IMG/VR virus record: IMGVR_UViG_2974594805_000001
Span: 1 to 64,000 of that record
Reading direction: 5' to 3' (one strand)
Length of the DNA: 64,000 nt
DNA from: a virus
Taxonomy: Duplodnaviria; Caudoviricetes
Position 1 is the stretch's first letter. Each line of letters begins with the position of its first letter. A program made the translations under genes and the position numbers. The notes under the pieces are model-generated. The model saw only the letters and a program-made list of their open reading frames with translations. It was not told where the DNA came from and made no database searches. Shown piece by piece: positions 8,647-18,600 of the stretch.

Positions 8647-9960
8647 ATGGACAGCATGTCTCAGACGGATGGGGACAACACGTCAACCCAAACAAAGATC
8701 CCTTCGACGATATCCTCGACGAATGGAACGACGGACAGTGGTAATCTATACAGTGCCAATGACGTGTTCCGTCTGATCGTTCAGGAGATGATCCTGACAG
8801 ACAAACGATTCACTGGCATGGCTCGCTACGTGACCACCATCAAGTTCTTCTGGTGCAGCAGTATCAAAACAGCATGTGCTGGAGATGGTTTCATCTTCTT
8901 CAATAAAGAGTTCTGGGACAAGCTGGTCCCTGAGCAACAGAAGACTGTGGTGGCTCACGAGATCTGGCACCTGATCTGCGATCACTTGAATCGTGGTCAG
9001 GGGCTGGATCCTGATTCCTACAATATTGCTGGTGATCACTTCATCAACCTGACTCTTCAGGAAGATGGTTTCCCCATCAATGAGAACTCCGACTTCGGGG
9101 GTATTACTCCCTGCTGTGACCCAGCCTATCGTGGTCTCAGCACGGAAGAGATCTATGCTCGTGTCCATGAAGATCGGAAAAAAGACCCCGGATCCCACAA
9201 ACCTCAACAGGGAACCCCTTCGAAAGATCAGATTGAAGACCTGATCAAAGAGGCTTTGGAGGGGTCCGGGGACTCCATTGAAGAGAACAAAGAGAAAGAT
9301 GAGAATCTCAGACAACAAATCGCTAACGAAGCGATGGCCTGCCCACCCGGTGACGGAACAGGTGCAGAAGACCGAGTGCTCAGAACTGAGTGCATCAAGG
9401 TCTACATCAAGAAAGCCACCTACGAAGAGATCTTCGAACCATGGCTCATTGATCCTCTGTCCGGAGGTAAGAGGACATACATACGTCCTTCACGTCGCCA
9501 AGTTGCTGGAGGACTTCGGCTTAAAGGCAAGTTCCCCAAGCGTGGACGGAAGAACAGACTGACTCATCTGGTCTATGCTCTCGATGTGTCTGGTTCGATT
9601 ACTCAGTATCAGGCTCAGCAGTTTCTGAGATCAGCTAAGACTCTGAAAGAAAAGCTGAATCCCAAGCTCATGACTGTGATGCTCTGGGATACTCAGATCA
9701 AGTTCGAGAAAGTATTCCGTGAAGACGAAACCCTCGACAACATCCATGTGCAAGCTGGTGGAGGCACCTGCCTGAAACCAGTTTACAAACGTGTCCAACA
9801 AATAAATCCTGAAGCACTTGTCATCTTCACGGATCTTTGTGTAGACATACCACCCAAACCTGACTGGGAGACTATCTGGTTCGTTCCTGACATGGACATC
9901 TATGAACCGTATCTTCAGCAGGTCACATACGGGGACATTTATTTGGTCCCAGAGGAGTAA
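8647..9960 (+). CDS. Metallopeptidase plus vWA domain protein (DUF2201-like, N4 gp25-like)
   Basis: HEIWH zincin motif, NIAGDHFIN, vWA MIDAS DVSGS, GGGT motif; follows the AAA gene. Confidence 0.88.
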   Translation: MDSMSQTDGDNTSTQTKIPSTISSTNGTTDSGNLYSANDVFRLIVQEMILTDKRFTGMARYVTTIKFFWCSSIKTACAGDGFIFFNKEFWDKLVPEQQKTVVAHEIWHLICDHLNRGQGLDPDSYNIAGDHFINLTLQEDGFPINENSDFGGITPCCDPAYRGLSTEEIYARVHEDRKKDPGSHKPQQGTPSKDQIEDLIKEALEGSGDSIEENKEKDENLRQQIANEAMACPPGDGTGAEDRVLRTECIKVYIKKATYEEIFEPWLIDPLSGGKRTYIRPSRRQVAGGLRLKGKFPKRGRKNRLTHLVYALDVSGSITQYQAQQFLRSAKTLKEKLNPKLMTVMLWDTQIKFEKVFREDETLDNIHVQAGGGTCLKPVYKRVQQINPEALVIFTDLCVDIPPKPDWETIWFVPDMDIYEPYLQQVTYGDIYLVPEE

Positions 9961-9961
9961 C

Positions 9962-10234
9962 ATGCTTGTCTTGAAACTCGAACTGCATTCAGCAGTCACA
10001 GGTGAGGTCAAAGAAATTGGCCGAACCATCATCGCAAACACTGGAAAAGGTAGTTTCCAAAAAGGTGATTACATCGTGAAAGTCGCCAAAAAGAGAAAGA
10101 CCTTTTCCAACACAGACACATGGAAAGAGCCTTTGCGAACTGGCAATGTCGAGAACTACCCTCGTCTGTCATACAACGTCTGGCGACTGGTCATTCGTGC
10201 TCTGCTCTCAGCTTTCCCGGAGGAACAGAAATGA
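9962..10234 (+). CDS. Hypothetical protein
   Basis: ATG at 9962 behind GAGGAG; 90 aa. Confidence 0.7.
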   Translation: MLVLKLELHSAVTGEVKEIGRTIIANTGKGSFQKGDYIVKVAKKRKTFSNTDTWKEPLRTGNVENYPRLSYNVWRLVIRALLSAFPEEQK

Positions 10235-10722
10235 TCGTCAACCGTGAAGCATTGCTTCGTGCCAGTCCCATCAAGGACATGTACGCAGAAAAGATCAAAG
10301 AGAATGGCTACAGCTATGGCCTCTCTGAAGCTGGATATGACATCCGCATTAAGCAGGACATCCAGTTCGACAACAGACAAGGACGACACCTCGTCTTTTG
10401 TGATGGCTCAGTCAACGATGGACATTTCACGTTGGCTTCTGCCATTGAGGAATTCACGATGCCTACCGATCTCGTCGGTATCGTCCACGACAAGAGCACA
10501 TGGGCAAGGCAGGGTCTCTCTGTCTTCAACACTGTGATCGAGCCGGGATGGTGTGGATTCCTTACACTTGAGCTTGCCTACCATGGAAATGGACTGCTCC
10601 ACATCCCTGCGGGTGTTGGCATAGCTCAAGTGGTTTTTCACCAAACGTCCAATCATGCTCAGTACGAAGGAAAGTACCAGCATCAGGAGGACAAACCACA
10701 GGAGGCCAAATTCGATGGCTAA
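10231..10722 (+). CDS. dcd: dCTP deaminase
   Basis: SYGLSEAGYDIR, KSTWARQG, IEPGWCGFLTLE, GIAQ, Y.GKYQ.Q; start re-called to 10231. Confidence 0.9.
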   Translation: MIVNREALLRASPIKDMYAEKIKENGYSYGLSEAGYDIRIKQDIQFDNRQGRHLVFCDGSVNDGHFTLASAIEEFTMPTDLVGIVHDKSTWARQGLSVFNTVIEPGWCGFLTLELAYHGNGLLHIPAGVGIAQVVFHQTSNHAQYEGKYQHQEDKPQEAKFDG

Positions 10723-11179
10723 AACCAAGACCAAGATGGAACTCGTTTCCACGGAGGAGACCCAAGAGTTCAAGAAGCGTCGCATGAAAGAAGTTCGTTC
10801 GATGGTATCTGCTGCTCTGAAGCACAACCAACGTATCGACCTGATGGACTGGGAAGGGACTGACATCGCTCGTGTGATGGTCGCCCTGCAAGACGAGGTG
10901 ATGAACTCTCGCAGCCGTCATCAGAAGGCAACGAAGCATATTGCTGAAAGCAAACAGATCTTCGGTGTCGTCGAAAACGTCGTCGGTTTCACTCTGGAGG
11001 GTATGGGATCCATGATCACTGCTCTCGGTGATCGGAACCAAGAACTCGAAAAAGCTCTGTATGTCGAACGTCAGAGCCACATGCAAACGGCTGAAGTCCT
11101 CGACGCTGCTCATCAGGCTGGTATCCAGCAAGAACATGTCATCGAAGGCATGAAAGCCACAATCAAGGAACTGTCATGA
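10715..11179 (+). CDS. Hypothetical coiled-coil protein
   Basis: ATG at 10715 behind GGAGG; 154 aa. Confidence 0.7.
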   Translation: MAKTKTKMELVSTEETQEFKKRRMKEVRSMVSAALKHNQRIDLMDWEGTDIARVMVALQDEVMNSRSRHQKATKHIAESKQIFGVVENVVGFTLEGMGSMITALGDRNQELEKALYVERQSHMQTAEVLDAAHQAGIQQEHVIEGMKATIKELS

Positions 11180-12594
11180 CAGAATATCAGGAACGCCGTC
11201 CTCGGCTCCTGATCCTTGGCTACGCCCGACACGGTAAAGACACTGTGGCTGAGATCCTTCGGGATCTCTACGGCCTCAAGTTCATGTCTTCATCCGAATT
11301 TGTTGGACGTGAATGCCTCTGGGATCAGTGGGGCAAAGCCGTTTACCCCAGCTTCGAAGCAATGTTCGAAGATCGGGTGAACAATCGTGAACTGTGGATG
11401 CAGATGATCTCTGCCTACAACACACCAGACAAGACACGTACTGCCTCGACCATGTTCGAGCGTGGTTACGACATGTATGTCGGAATGCGTCGTCAGGACG
11501 AGCTTGATGCTTGTCGTGAAGCAGGTACGTTTGATTTGGTGATTTGGGTCGATGGATCTGACCGTCATCCACCTGAAACCGGGTCGATGGACATCACCCA
11601 AGCCTCGGCTCACCCCAATTACATCGTGAACAACAATGGTTCGCTCGAAGATCTGTACCAAGCAGTCGCTGAGCTTCACCATCACATCACGGTGAATTGT
11701 GGTTTCCATTGGCGTCTGGCAGATGAACTGCCTGTGCCTGAAATCAAAACCAACGATCTCGAAGAGGTCGATTTGCTGGAGAGACCAGATGAAAGCACAC
11801 CTGTACTTGACCACGGCTATGTTGCCCTCGTTGATACCATGGGAGATGATGCAGCAATTGCTGAAGCTGCACGTCTATCGTATGGTCGCGGAACTCGGTC
11901 TGTTCGCTCGCCGGAAGGGTTGATCAACTACCTGTACAGCCACCATCACACGTCACCTTTCGAGATGGCTGAGATGAAGTTCCAGATGCGGTTGCCCATC
12001 TTCGTCATGCGACAGTGGGTGCGTCACCGGACAGCAAACCTCAACGAATACTCTGGCCGTTACAGTGTCATGCCACGTCTATGGTATGTGCCTGAAACCA
12101 AAGACATCAAGCACCAAGATACTGTGAACAAACAAGGTTCCAGTGGTGAGTTTGATTTCGCTGAGGCAACTGCCATCCAGTCCATGATCGACCGGGCTTC
12201 TGAACGTGCATTTGACGACTATGAGGAACTTCTTTCTCGTGGGGTCTCGCGGGAGATGGCACGAATCATTCTTCCGCTGAACATGTACACAGAGATCGTC
12301 TGGAAGATGGACTTGAACAACATGCTCAAGTTCCTGTGGCTCCGGGATGATGGACATGCACAGCCTGAGATTCAGGCTTATGCACAAGTGATCGCTGGCT
12401 ATGTCGAACAGGCATTCCCAATGACATACGCAGCCTACAAAAAGGCTCGCCAAGCAGTCACTCTGACCTATCCCGAACTCTATGCCATCTTGACAGGTGA
12501 TCGGTCAGCACTGTCCAAAAGCGAGACAGCGAAAAGTGAGGCATTGCAGCGTGATCTACAGCAGTGGATCCGAGCACAGCTACCAGCCGATTGA
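11176..12594 (+). CDS. thyX: Fusion of dNMP-kinase-like P-loop domain and flavin-dependent thymidylate synthase ThyX
   Basis: N-half GYARHGKDT P-loop, GMR, NNGSLEDL; C-half from about 11803 with H.SPFE, RQWVRHRTANLNEYSGRY, AQPEIQ.YA. Confidence 0.88.
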   Translation: MTEYQERRPRLLILGYARHGKDTVAEILRDLYGLKFMSSSEFVGRECLWDQWGKAVYPSFEAMFEDRVNNRELWMQMISAYNTPDKTRTASTMFERGYDMYVGMRRQDELDACREAGTFDLVIWVDGSDRHPPETGSMDITQASAHPNYIVNNNGSLEDLYQAVAELHHHITVNCGFHWRLADELPVPEIKTNDLEEVDLLERPDESTPVLDHGYVALVDTMGDDAAIAEAARLSYGRGTRSVRSPEGLINYLYSHHHTSPFEMAEMKFQMRLPIFVMRQWVRHRTANLNEYSGRYSVMPRLWYVPETKDIKHQDTVNKQGSSGEFDFAEATAIQSMIDRASERAFDDYEELLSRGVSREMARIILPLNMYTEIVWKMDLNNMLKFLWLRDDGHAQPEIQAYAQVIAGYVEQAFPMTYAAYKKARQAVTLTYPELYAILTGDRSALSKSETAKSEALQRDLQQWIRAQLPAD

Positions 12595-12620
12595 GCTTCA
12601 CATTTCTGCACGCGCAAGTT

Positions 12621-12660
12621 ATGGGAGTCCTGACCAATCTTATGGAAGGGACTCCCTATG
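12621..12660 (+). promoter_or_regulatory. Hairpin occluding the RBS/start codon of the phosphoesterase gene
   Basis: GGGAGTCC 12623-12630 pairs with GGACTCCC 12649-12656, overlapping the purine-rich RBS 2 nt before the ATG at 12658. Confidence 0.5.
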
Positions 12661-13818
12661 AGCAAATACCACGAGTATTGGATTCAAAATGACAAGCCAT
12701 CCTACCAAGCAGTGGCAGATCATTTTGGGGTCAATGAATCCACAGCCCGTCGTTCAATTCAAACCAAAGAAATGAGACTGGAGTCAGCACAACTTGCTGA
12801 GCCAGCAGTCCTTGATGGCATGAAAGAATTAGGCTTCGAAGGTCAACCCGGAAGTGGTTGGGTGAAAAGTCAAGTTCCTGATAAACACGGACGAACTTAC
12901 AGTTTTCATTTCTCAAACAAAGAAGAAGCGAAAACCGAAGAACAAAAGATGGCTGACATTGTAGCCAAGTTCACCGATCCTTCTCCAATACTCTTCACCC
13001 CACCACCCCTAAAACTCACCAACCGGATCAAGAAAGCCTTCATCTCGATCAATGACCTTCACTCTGGTTCATTGGCTTGGGGCAAAGAAACCGGATACGG
13101 TGACTGGGATCTCGAAATCGCCATGAGCCGAATGACAGACTGGCTCTGCCGCTTATTTGAGCACGTCGAACGTGAAGGTGTGAACGAGATCATCCTGTAC
13201 TACAACGGCGACACACTCCACGCCAACGGTCAGGTGCCAATGACTGCCACTCACGGATCTGACCACATCCTCGACACTGACAGCCGTCATTTCAAAGTTG
13301 TCGATGTCACTGGTGAGCAAATCATTCATTGTACTGATATTGCTGCACAAATCTCCGATGTACGCCTCGTGATCAAGCGAGGAAACCATGACGGAGACAG
13401 CTATTTGAGCCTGCTGCAAGGTGCCAAATGGCGTTACCACAACCAAGAAAATGTCACTGTCGAGATGGACCCCAATGCTTACTGGGCGAACATCTTTGGC
13501 AAGGTAGCGATCTTCGGACACCACGGTGACAAGATCAAAGCTGACCGTCTCGTGATGCAATTCCTCCAACGCTATCGGAAAGAGATTGCAGACGTGGATC
13601 ACATCACGGTATGGACGGGTGACAAACACCATCGTAAGGTCGAGCAGTTCCCCGGAGTTATGTGGGAGCAAGCATCGAACTGGTGTGAACCTGATCTGTA
13701 TGGTTCGGCCTACGGTGAAACAGCGATGGCTCAAGCAGTCATCTACGACGAAATCGAAGGTGAAGTATCCCGTTTCACGGTGAAACCATCTTCCTCAACA
13801 GGAGAAGACCATGGCTAA
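12658..13818 (+). CDS. HTH plus calcineurin-like metallophosphoesterase
   Basis: N-terminal HTH (SYQAVADHFGVNESTARR); DLH, GDTLH, GNHD, HHGD, GDKHH metal motifs. Confidence 0.82.
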   Translation: MSKYHEYWIQNDKPSYQAVADHFGVNESTARRSIQTKEMRLESAQLAEPAVLDGMKELGFEGQPGSGWVKSQVPDKHGRTYSFHFSNKEEAKTEEQKMADIVAKFTDPSPILFTPPPLKLTNRIKKAFISINDLHSGSLAWGKETGYGDWDLEIAMSRMTDWLCRLFEHVEREGVNEIILYYNGDTLHANGQVPMTATHGSDHILDTDSRHFKVVDVTGEQIIHCTDIAAQISDVRLVIKRGNHDGDSYLSLLQGAKWRYHNQENVTVEMDPNAYWANIFGKVAIFGHHGDKIKADRLVMQFLQRYRKEIADVDHITVWTGDKHHRKVEQFPGVMWEQASNWCEPDLYGSAYGETAMAQAVIYDEIEGEVSRFTVKPSSSTGEDHG

Positions 13819-14077
13819 GTGGGATCTCGAAAAACTCGACAAGGAAGCGAAACCCTCCCCTACCTATGCAGACCGCATGGACAAGGTGGAAAGCCTATTT
13901 CGCTTTGCTCACCTCCCTGAACATCTTCAAGCAGCCAGCAAGCCGTTTCATGACCTTGCTGTGCATTTGACTGATACACTGCCTCCCTCGGCAGAATATA
14001 CACTGGCTCTCCGGAGCCTGTGGGAAGCGAAGAACCTTGCAGTCTTCGCCGCAGTTGAAGCAGCAGAAGGAGAATGA
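13811..14077 (+). CDS. Small helical-hairpin protein, possibly Acb2/Tad1-hairpin-like
   Basis: F.FAHLP.HLQ..SKPF..LA...LP.SAE.TLALR.L.EAK..AV pattern; the family link is recalled, not searched. Confidence 0.5.
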   Translation: MAKWDLEKLDKEAKPSPTYADRMDKVESLFRFAHLPEHLQAASKPFHDLAVHLTDTLPPSAEYTLALRSLWEAKNLAVFAAVEAAEGE

Positions 14078-14079
14078 AC

Positions 14080-14199
14080 ATGTTTGAACTTTTGATCGGG
14101 GTTGGTATCGGCCTCGTTGTAGGCTGGAATGTCCTGCCCCAGCCAATGTGGGTACAAAATCTGTACTCTCGTTGGTTCGGGGAAGGGGGTGATCAGTAA
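14080..14199 (+). CDS. 39-aa single-TM peptide (MFELLIGVGIGLVVGWNVLPQPMW...)
   Basis: Below the ORF-track cutoff; AAGGAG upstream; GxxxG-rich TM; ends just before the terminator. Confidence 0.6.
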   Translation: MFELLIGVGIGLVVGWNVLPQPMWVQNLYSRWFGEGGDQ

Positions 14200-14227
14200 T
14201 CTCCCTGCTTCGGCAGCGGTAAAGAAT

Positions 14228-14257
14228 AGCCCGTCCCTTAATTGGGGCGGGTTTTTT
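14228..14257 (+). terminator. Intrinsic terminator
   Basis: AGCCCGTCCC-TTAATT-GGGGCGGGT plus T-run. Confidence 0.8.
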
Positions 14258-14338
14258 ATTGACAAACAGTTTATTATGGTCCTCGAAAGCTCAATCTGTT
14301 AGAGCAGGGCAGACCAAGCCTAAACCAGAGGACGTGAC

Positions 14339-14662
14339 ATGACCGAAGTTGTTTATCCCTTCAAGCGTGGTGATGATTTTATCGTCCCAATGACGCTTCG
14401 AGATTCCCAGCAGAACCCAGTCGATATTACCGGCTGGACGATCACATCTGCTGTGACCTATGCCCGGAAACCTGTGTCCACACTTGATGTCACCATCACT
14501 GATGGACCGAACGGGCAATTCACCCTTGCACTACCCAATGCCCAGACTTCTCAATGGCCCATTCGGAAGCTCAAGTGTGACATCCAGTTTGACCGTCCAG
14601 TCGAAGGACGTGTCTCGTCTCGGACTCTGACCATTGACGTACTGGAGGACCACACACCATGA
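14339..14662 (+). CDS. BppU-N-like Ig-fold virion adaptor protein
   Basis: KRGDDF.VP.TL.D....PVDITGWTI.S.V...DG.NG.F.L...YDIQ-like pattern. Confidence 0.6.
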   Translation: MTEVVYPFKRGDDFIVPMTLRDSQQNPVDITGWTITSAVTYARKPVSTLDVTITDGPNGQFTLALPNAQTSQWPIRKLKCDIQFDRPVEGRVSSRTLTIDVLEDHTP

Positions 14663-15159
14663 GCGATCTGAATATCGAAGCAGTCCTTGGACCTCAGTAT
14701 GAGATTGTCATCAATCAAGACGTTGTAAACGCTGATGATCCTTACAATCTCACCCTGACACCTCAAGAGCCTCTGGTTCTTGCGGTAGGTACTGGCTTCA
14801 ACGTCAACCCCACTGCTACCGGTACGCTGGACGTACAGATCACTGCACAAGAAGTGATCAACGCCTATCGTGCTGTCACCTATGAAGGATTCTTTGCCCA
14901 ACCAAACGCAGAGAGTCTCTCCAAATACGCTGGTGTGAATCGTGTTGCCACGATCATCGGTGAACCTCTCATGGTCGTCCGTGAGGGCCTCATGACTGAA
15001 GATGGATGGTCTTGGACTCCCAATGCTCCCATTTTCATTGGAACCGATGGTGTGCTAACACAAGCATCACCGGTCTTTGGAACCCCAGTGCGTCGTATTG
15101 CATGGGCAATTTCAGCAACAACCATCAATCTCGAACCGTATCCCATCATAGGAGTGTGA
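14659..15159 (+). CDS. Structural/appendage-associated protein
   Basis: 166 aa; G.M....W.WTP.APIFIG.DG.LTQ..P motif of fibre-associated decoration-like domains. Confidence 0.6.
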   Translation: MSDLNIEAVLGPQYEIVINQDVVNADDPYNLTLTPQEPLVLAVGTGFNVNPTATGTLDVQITAQEVINAYRAVTYEGFFAQPNAESLSKYAGVNRVATIIGEPLMVVREGLMTEDGWSWTPNAPIFIGTDGVLTQASPVFGTPVRRIAWAISATTINLEPYPIIGV

Positions 15160-15160
15160 T

Positions 15161-15667
15161 ATGCCTGATAAGTTTCTCCAACACGATGCAGCAGGTGGCT
15201 TCCGTGAAGTCGAAGGTACTGCTGTGGGTGGAGCGGGACAGGCCAACAAGATCCCTGCCTTGGACTTGTCAGGTCGTCTCGATTCCACAATGATGCCCAC
15301 TGGTATTGGTGCTGAAACCGCTGCTCTCGAAGCATTCGGTGCTCTCAGTGCTGGTGATCTCGTCAACGTCTTCAATGACGGTGGCGTGATGAAGGTACGA
15401 CGTGCAGATGCATCCACTGGTGTGGCTCCTGCAAATGGTTTCGTTCTCGAAGCCTATGCAGCACTTGCCACAGCCACTGTGTATTTTGCAGGTCTGAACA
15501 GCCAAGTCACCGGACTGACTCCGGGACTGCACTACCTGTCCACCACACCCGGTGCATCGAACCATGTGGCTCCAGCAGCCGCTGGCAACGTCGTACAGCG
15601 TATTGGTACAGCACTGAACTCTACCACGCTGTTCTTCAACCCGCAGGATCCGATCTTGCTGGCATAA
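15161..15667 (+). CDS. Structural/appendage-associated protein
   Basis: 168 aa; ANKIPALD.SGRLD..MMP, ANGFV, GLTPG..YLSTTPG, VQRIG.A motifs typical of fibre cassettes. Confidence 0.65.
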   Translation: MPDKFLQHDAAGGFREVEGTAVGGAGQANKIPALDLSGRLDSTMMPTGIGAETAALEAFGALSAGDLVNVFNDGGVMKVRRADASTGVAPANGFVLEAYAALATATVYFAGLNSQVTGLTPGLHYLSTTPGASNHVAPAAAGNVVQRIGTALNSTTLFFNPQDPILLA

Positions 15668-15682
15668 TATAGGGGTGTCCCC

Positions 15683-18600
15683 ATGGCTGAACGTCGTCCT
15701 CTGGTCCTCGTCAACGGGGCCTTTCAAGAACTTCCCGTAGGGGACACCCTCCCCGGTGCTGGTGGTCTGCAAAACAACCTTGCAGCCACCACTGCACCTG
15801 CTGTCGGAAACGACAACACTGAAGGTTATGCTGTTGGTTCAGTCTGGATCGACGTAACCAATGACAATTCCTATGTCTGTCTCGATGCTTCGACAGGTGC
15901 TGCTGTCTGGGGACAAACCAACGGAGCAGGTGGAGGGGCTTCTAACTTCCTCTCACTGACAGACACTCCCGGTGCATTCGGAACTGCTGGACAGTTTCTG
16001 GCCATCAACAGTGCAGCAGATGCAATCGAATTCGTAGACGCTCCTTCTGGTGGAGGCGGTGGTGGTGCATCAACCAAGAAAGGTTTCTTTGCTTGGGGTA
16101 ACGCTTCTGCTGCTGGTACTCTTGCCAACTGGAACAATGAAGTCTGGGACTCTGAAGACGCATTTGATCCAGTTACTGGTATCTACACTGTTCCAGCATC
16201 GCTGGATGGTGAGTACCTGCTCATCATCTTCAACGTCCGTGGTAACACAGGCGGTGCAATCTACATTCAAAAAGACACTGCTGGTAATAACACCTTCCAG
16301 AACTGGGCTGTTGCCGATCTCGGATCCAGCCAAGCCAGTGCATCTGTAATCATTCAAGTAGCCACTGGTGATCAGATTCGTGCTCAAACCTTTGGTTTTT
16401 CTGCACAAAACGAAACCCGTACAAACTTCGGTGCCTTTGTTATGGGCAGTGGTGGTGGATCTTCCAGTGGTGGAGGTACGTCTTCAGGTATCTACGCTGA
16501 AGTGACTTATGCTGCAAACCATTCACCAACTACAAACGTCTTTGAACAACTGGCCTTCGATCAGGTGACTCTGGATGCTGACAGCATTTATGACAGCCCA
16601 TCAGGTCACTTCATCATTCCTGAGTCAATGAATGACACCAATGTCATCTTGCAACTGACTACTCAGGCTACCAACGACAACTCTGGTGCAGTCGAATGTA
16701 TCATCGAAAAATCCACTGATGGTGGAACCACTTGGAGTCGTCTAGGACAGTCTCCAAACGGTGGTATCCACTTCTTTGGTATTACCAATGCCATTGCCGT
16801 AGATCGTGCATCTACAGGTGATCGGTATCGAGCTATGTTCTTGTCTACAAATGCCATCACTCTTCGAGTTGATAACAACCAGACTCGTTTTACTCTGGCT
16901 CAAGCTGGTGGTGGTTCTTCTGCTCAAAATGCGACTACTGATGTCGTATTCGATTTCGATGCGACTGGCGAAGCCGATACCACTACACCAATCGACAAAG
17001 GTGTTCAAAACTTGGCTGTCACCAATAATGGTGTTGCAGTCCTGTCTGAACGCTACGAGTTTGAATCCACTAACGGTAACGGTGAGTGGTTTTCTGTTCC
17101 TGCTGCTGCTACAGAAAAACTCGGAAACTCTGATTTTGTACTGACAGTTGAACGACTTAGCTTCGATGCATTCCCTCAACAGCAAGGTGTTGTTGGTGAA
17201 TGGGAAGCCACAGGAAACCAACGGTCTTGGATCCTGTTCCACAGTGCAGGACAGCTTCTGTTTTATGGTTCGTCCAATGGTGCAAGCCAAGATGTCACTC
17301 TGTCTTATAACTTCAACGCAGCCAACACAGAGATTGATGTGATTGTCCGTCGTGTCGGTGGAACCATCACTCTCGAAATCAATGGTGCAGTTGAAGCTAC
17401 AGCTAACCCCGGAGCAGGTTATACCTTCTTCGATTCCTCAGCCAATACGATTGAATTCGGTACATACGCTCCCGGCAGCCGTGATCTCGATGGTTCATTC
17501 CGTCGTGCAACCCTGACTATTACAGGTGCCAATCTGGATGCTGGTGTGCCTATCTCATTCCTAACTTTGCCTGATACTCCAGAGACTTACGGCACTGTCG
17601 GTCAGATGCTTGTTGTCAATGGTGCTACAAATGGTCTGGAATGGACTGATGTACCTGCTGATGAACTGCCAGCCCTTGGAGCCGCAGGACAAATCCTTGC
17701 AGTCAATGGGGCTGCTAATGGTGTGGAATGGATTGATGCTCCCGCAGGTGGTAGTGGGGCTTCTTATGGAACTCCTGACTATGGAAATCCCGGTGGTACA
17801 GGAAACCGTACAGGTCTAATCACAGCCTCGACAAACGCTGTTCTGGGTGGTGGTACTACCGTAGATCGCTCTATTGATGGTGCAGTTGGTACAAACTCTG
17901 CATCAGCATGGTACTGGAACAGTGGTCAAAACTCTGGTCTTTATGTTCGGTGGGACTTTGGATCCAAACAACGTATTGACCAGATCCGTTGGCAGCAAAA
18001 CAACACTGCTGGCCATGGTACATGGCGTGTGGAAGGATCTGATGATGCTTCTACGTGGACTCCAGTTTCATCTAACTTCGCTCTGGGTGGTTCTACCGAC
18101 CAAACCATTGATCTTGATCTGATTCCTGCTGACACTGGATATCGGTACTATCAGATCGCTTGGCAGTCTGGTTCTTCCACCAGCAACAGCCCATGGCTTC
18201 AAGAAACTGAATTCCGTCTGGCTCCTGAAAGCAATCCATCAGAACTCCCTGCTGGTGGTACTGCTGGTCAGTTGCTTGCCAAGGTTGATGCTACAGACGG
18301 AAACGTCGAATGGATTGATCCTCCTGCTGGTGGTTCTGGTGAACCAAACGTAACAAGCTGGAATGATCTGGCAGCCGGAGTCACTCCGACAAACTGGATC
18401 GTAAGCTCTGGTACTCCTGTCACCATGGCTTCCAAAGGTAGCCTCACACCCCGCACAGGGGCTGTCTTCGCAGGTGTGGTGGCTTTTGAAGCCTCTGCTG
18501 TGATGTATGAGGATATCACGCTGGAAACTCGTCATCAGGGCATGTACGTCGATCTGACGTACTTCCACGGTCGTGATAACAACGTGAACGACAATGTGAG

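Noticed and set aside
14259-14290. Perfect TTGACA upstream of the structural cassette
   Set aside because: No -10-like hexamer at 16-18 nt spacing, so it was not called as a promoter.
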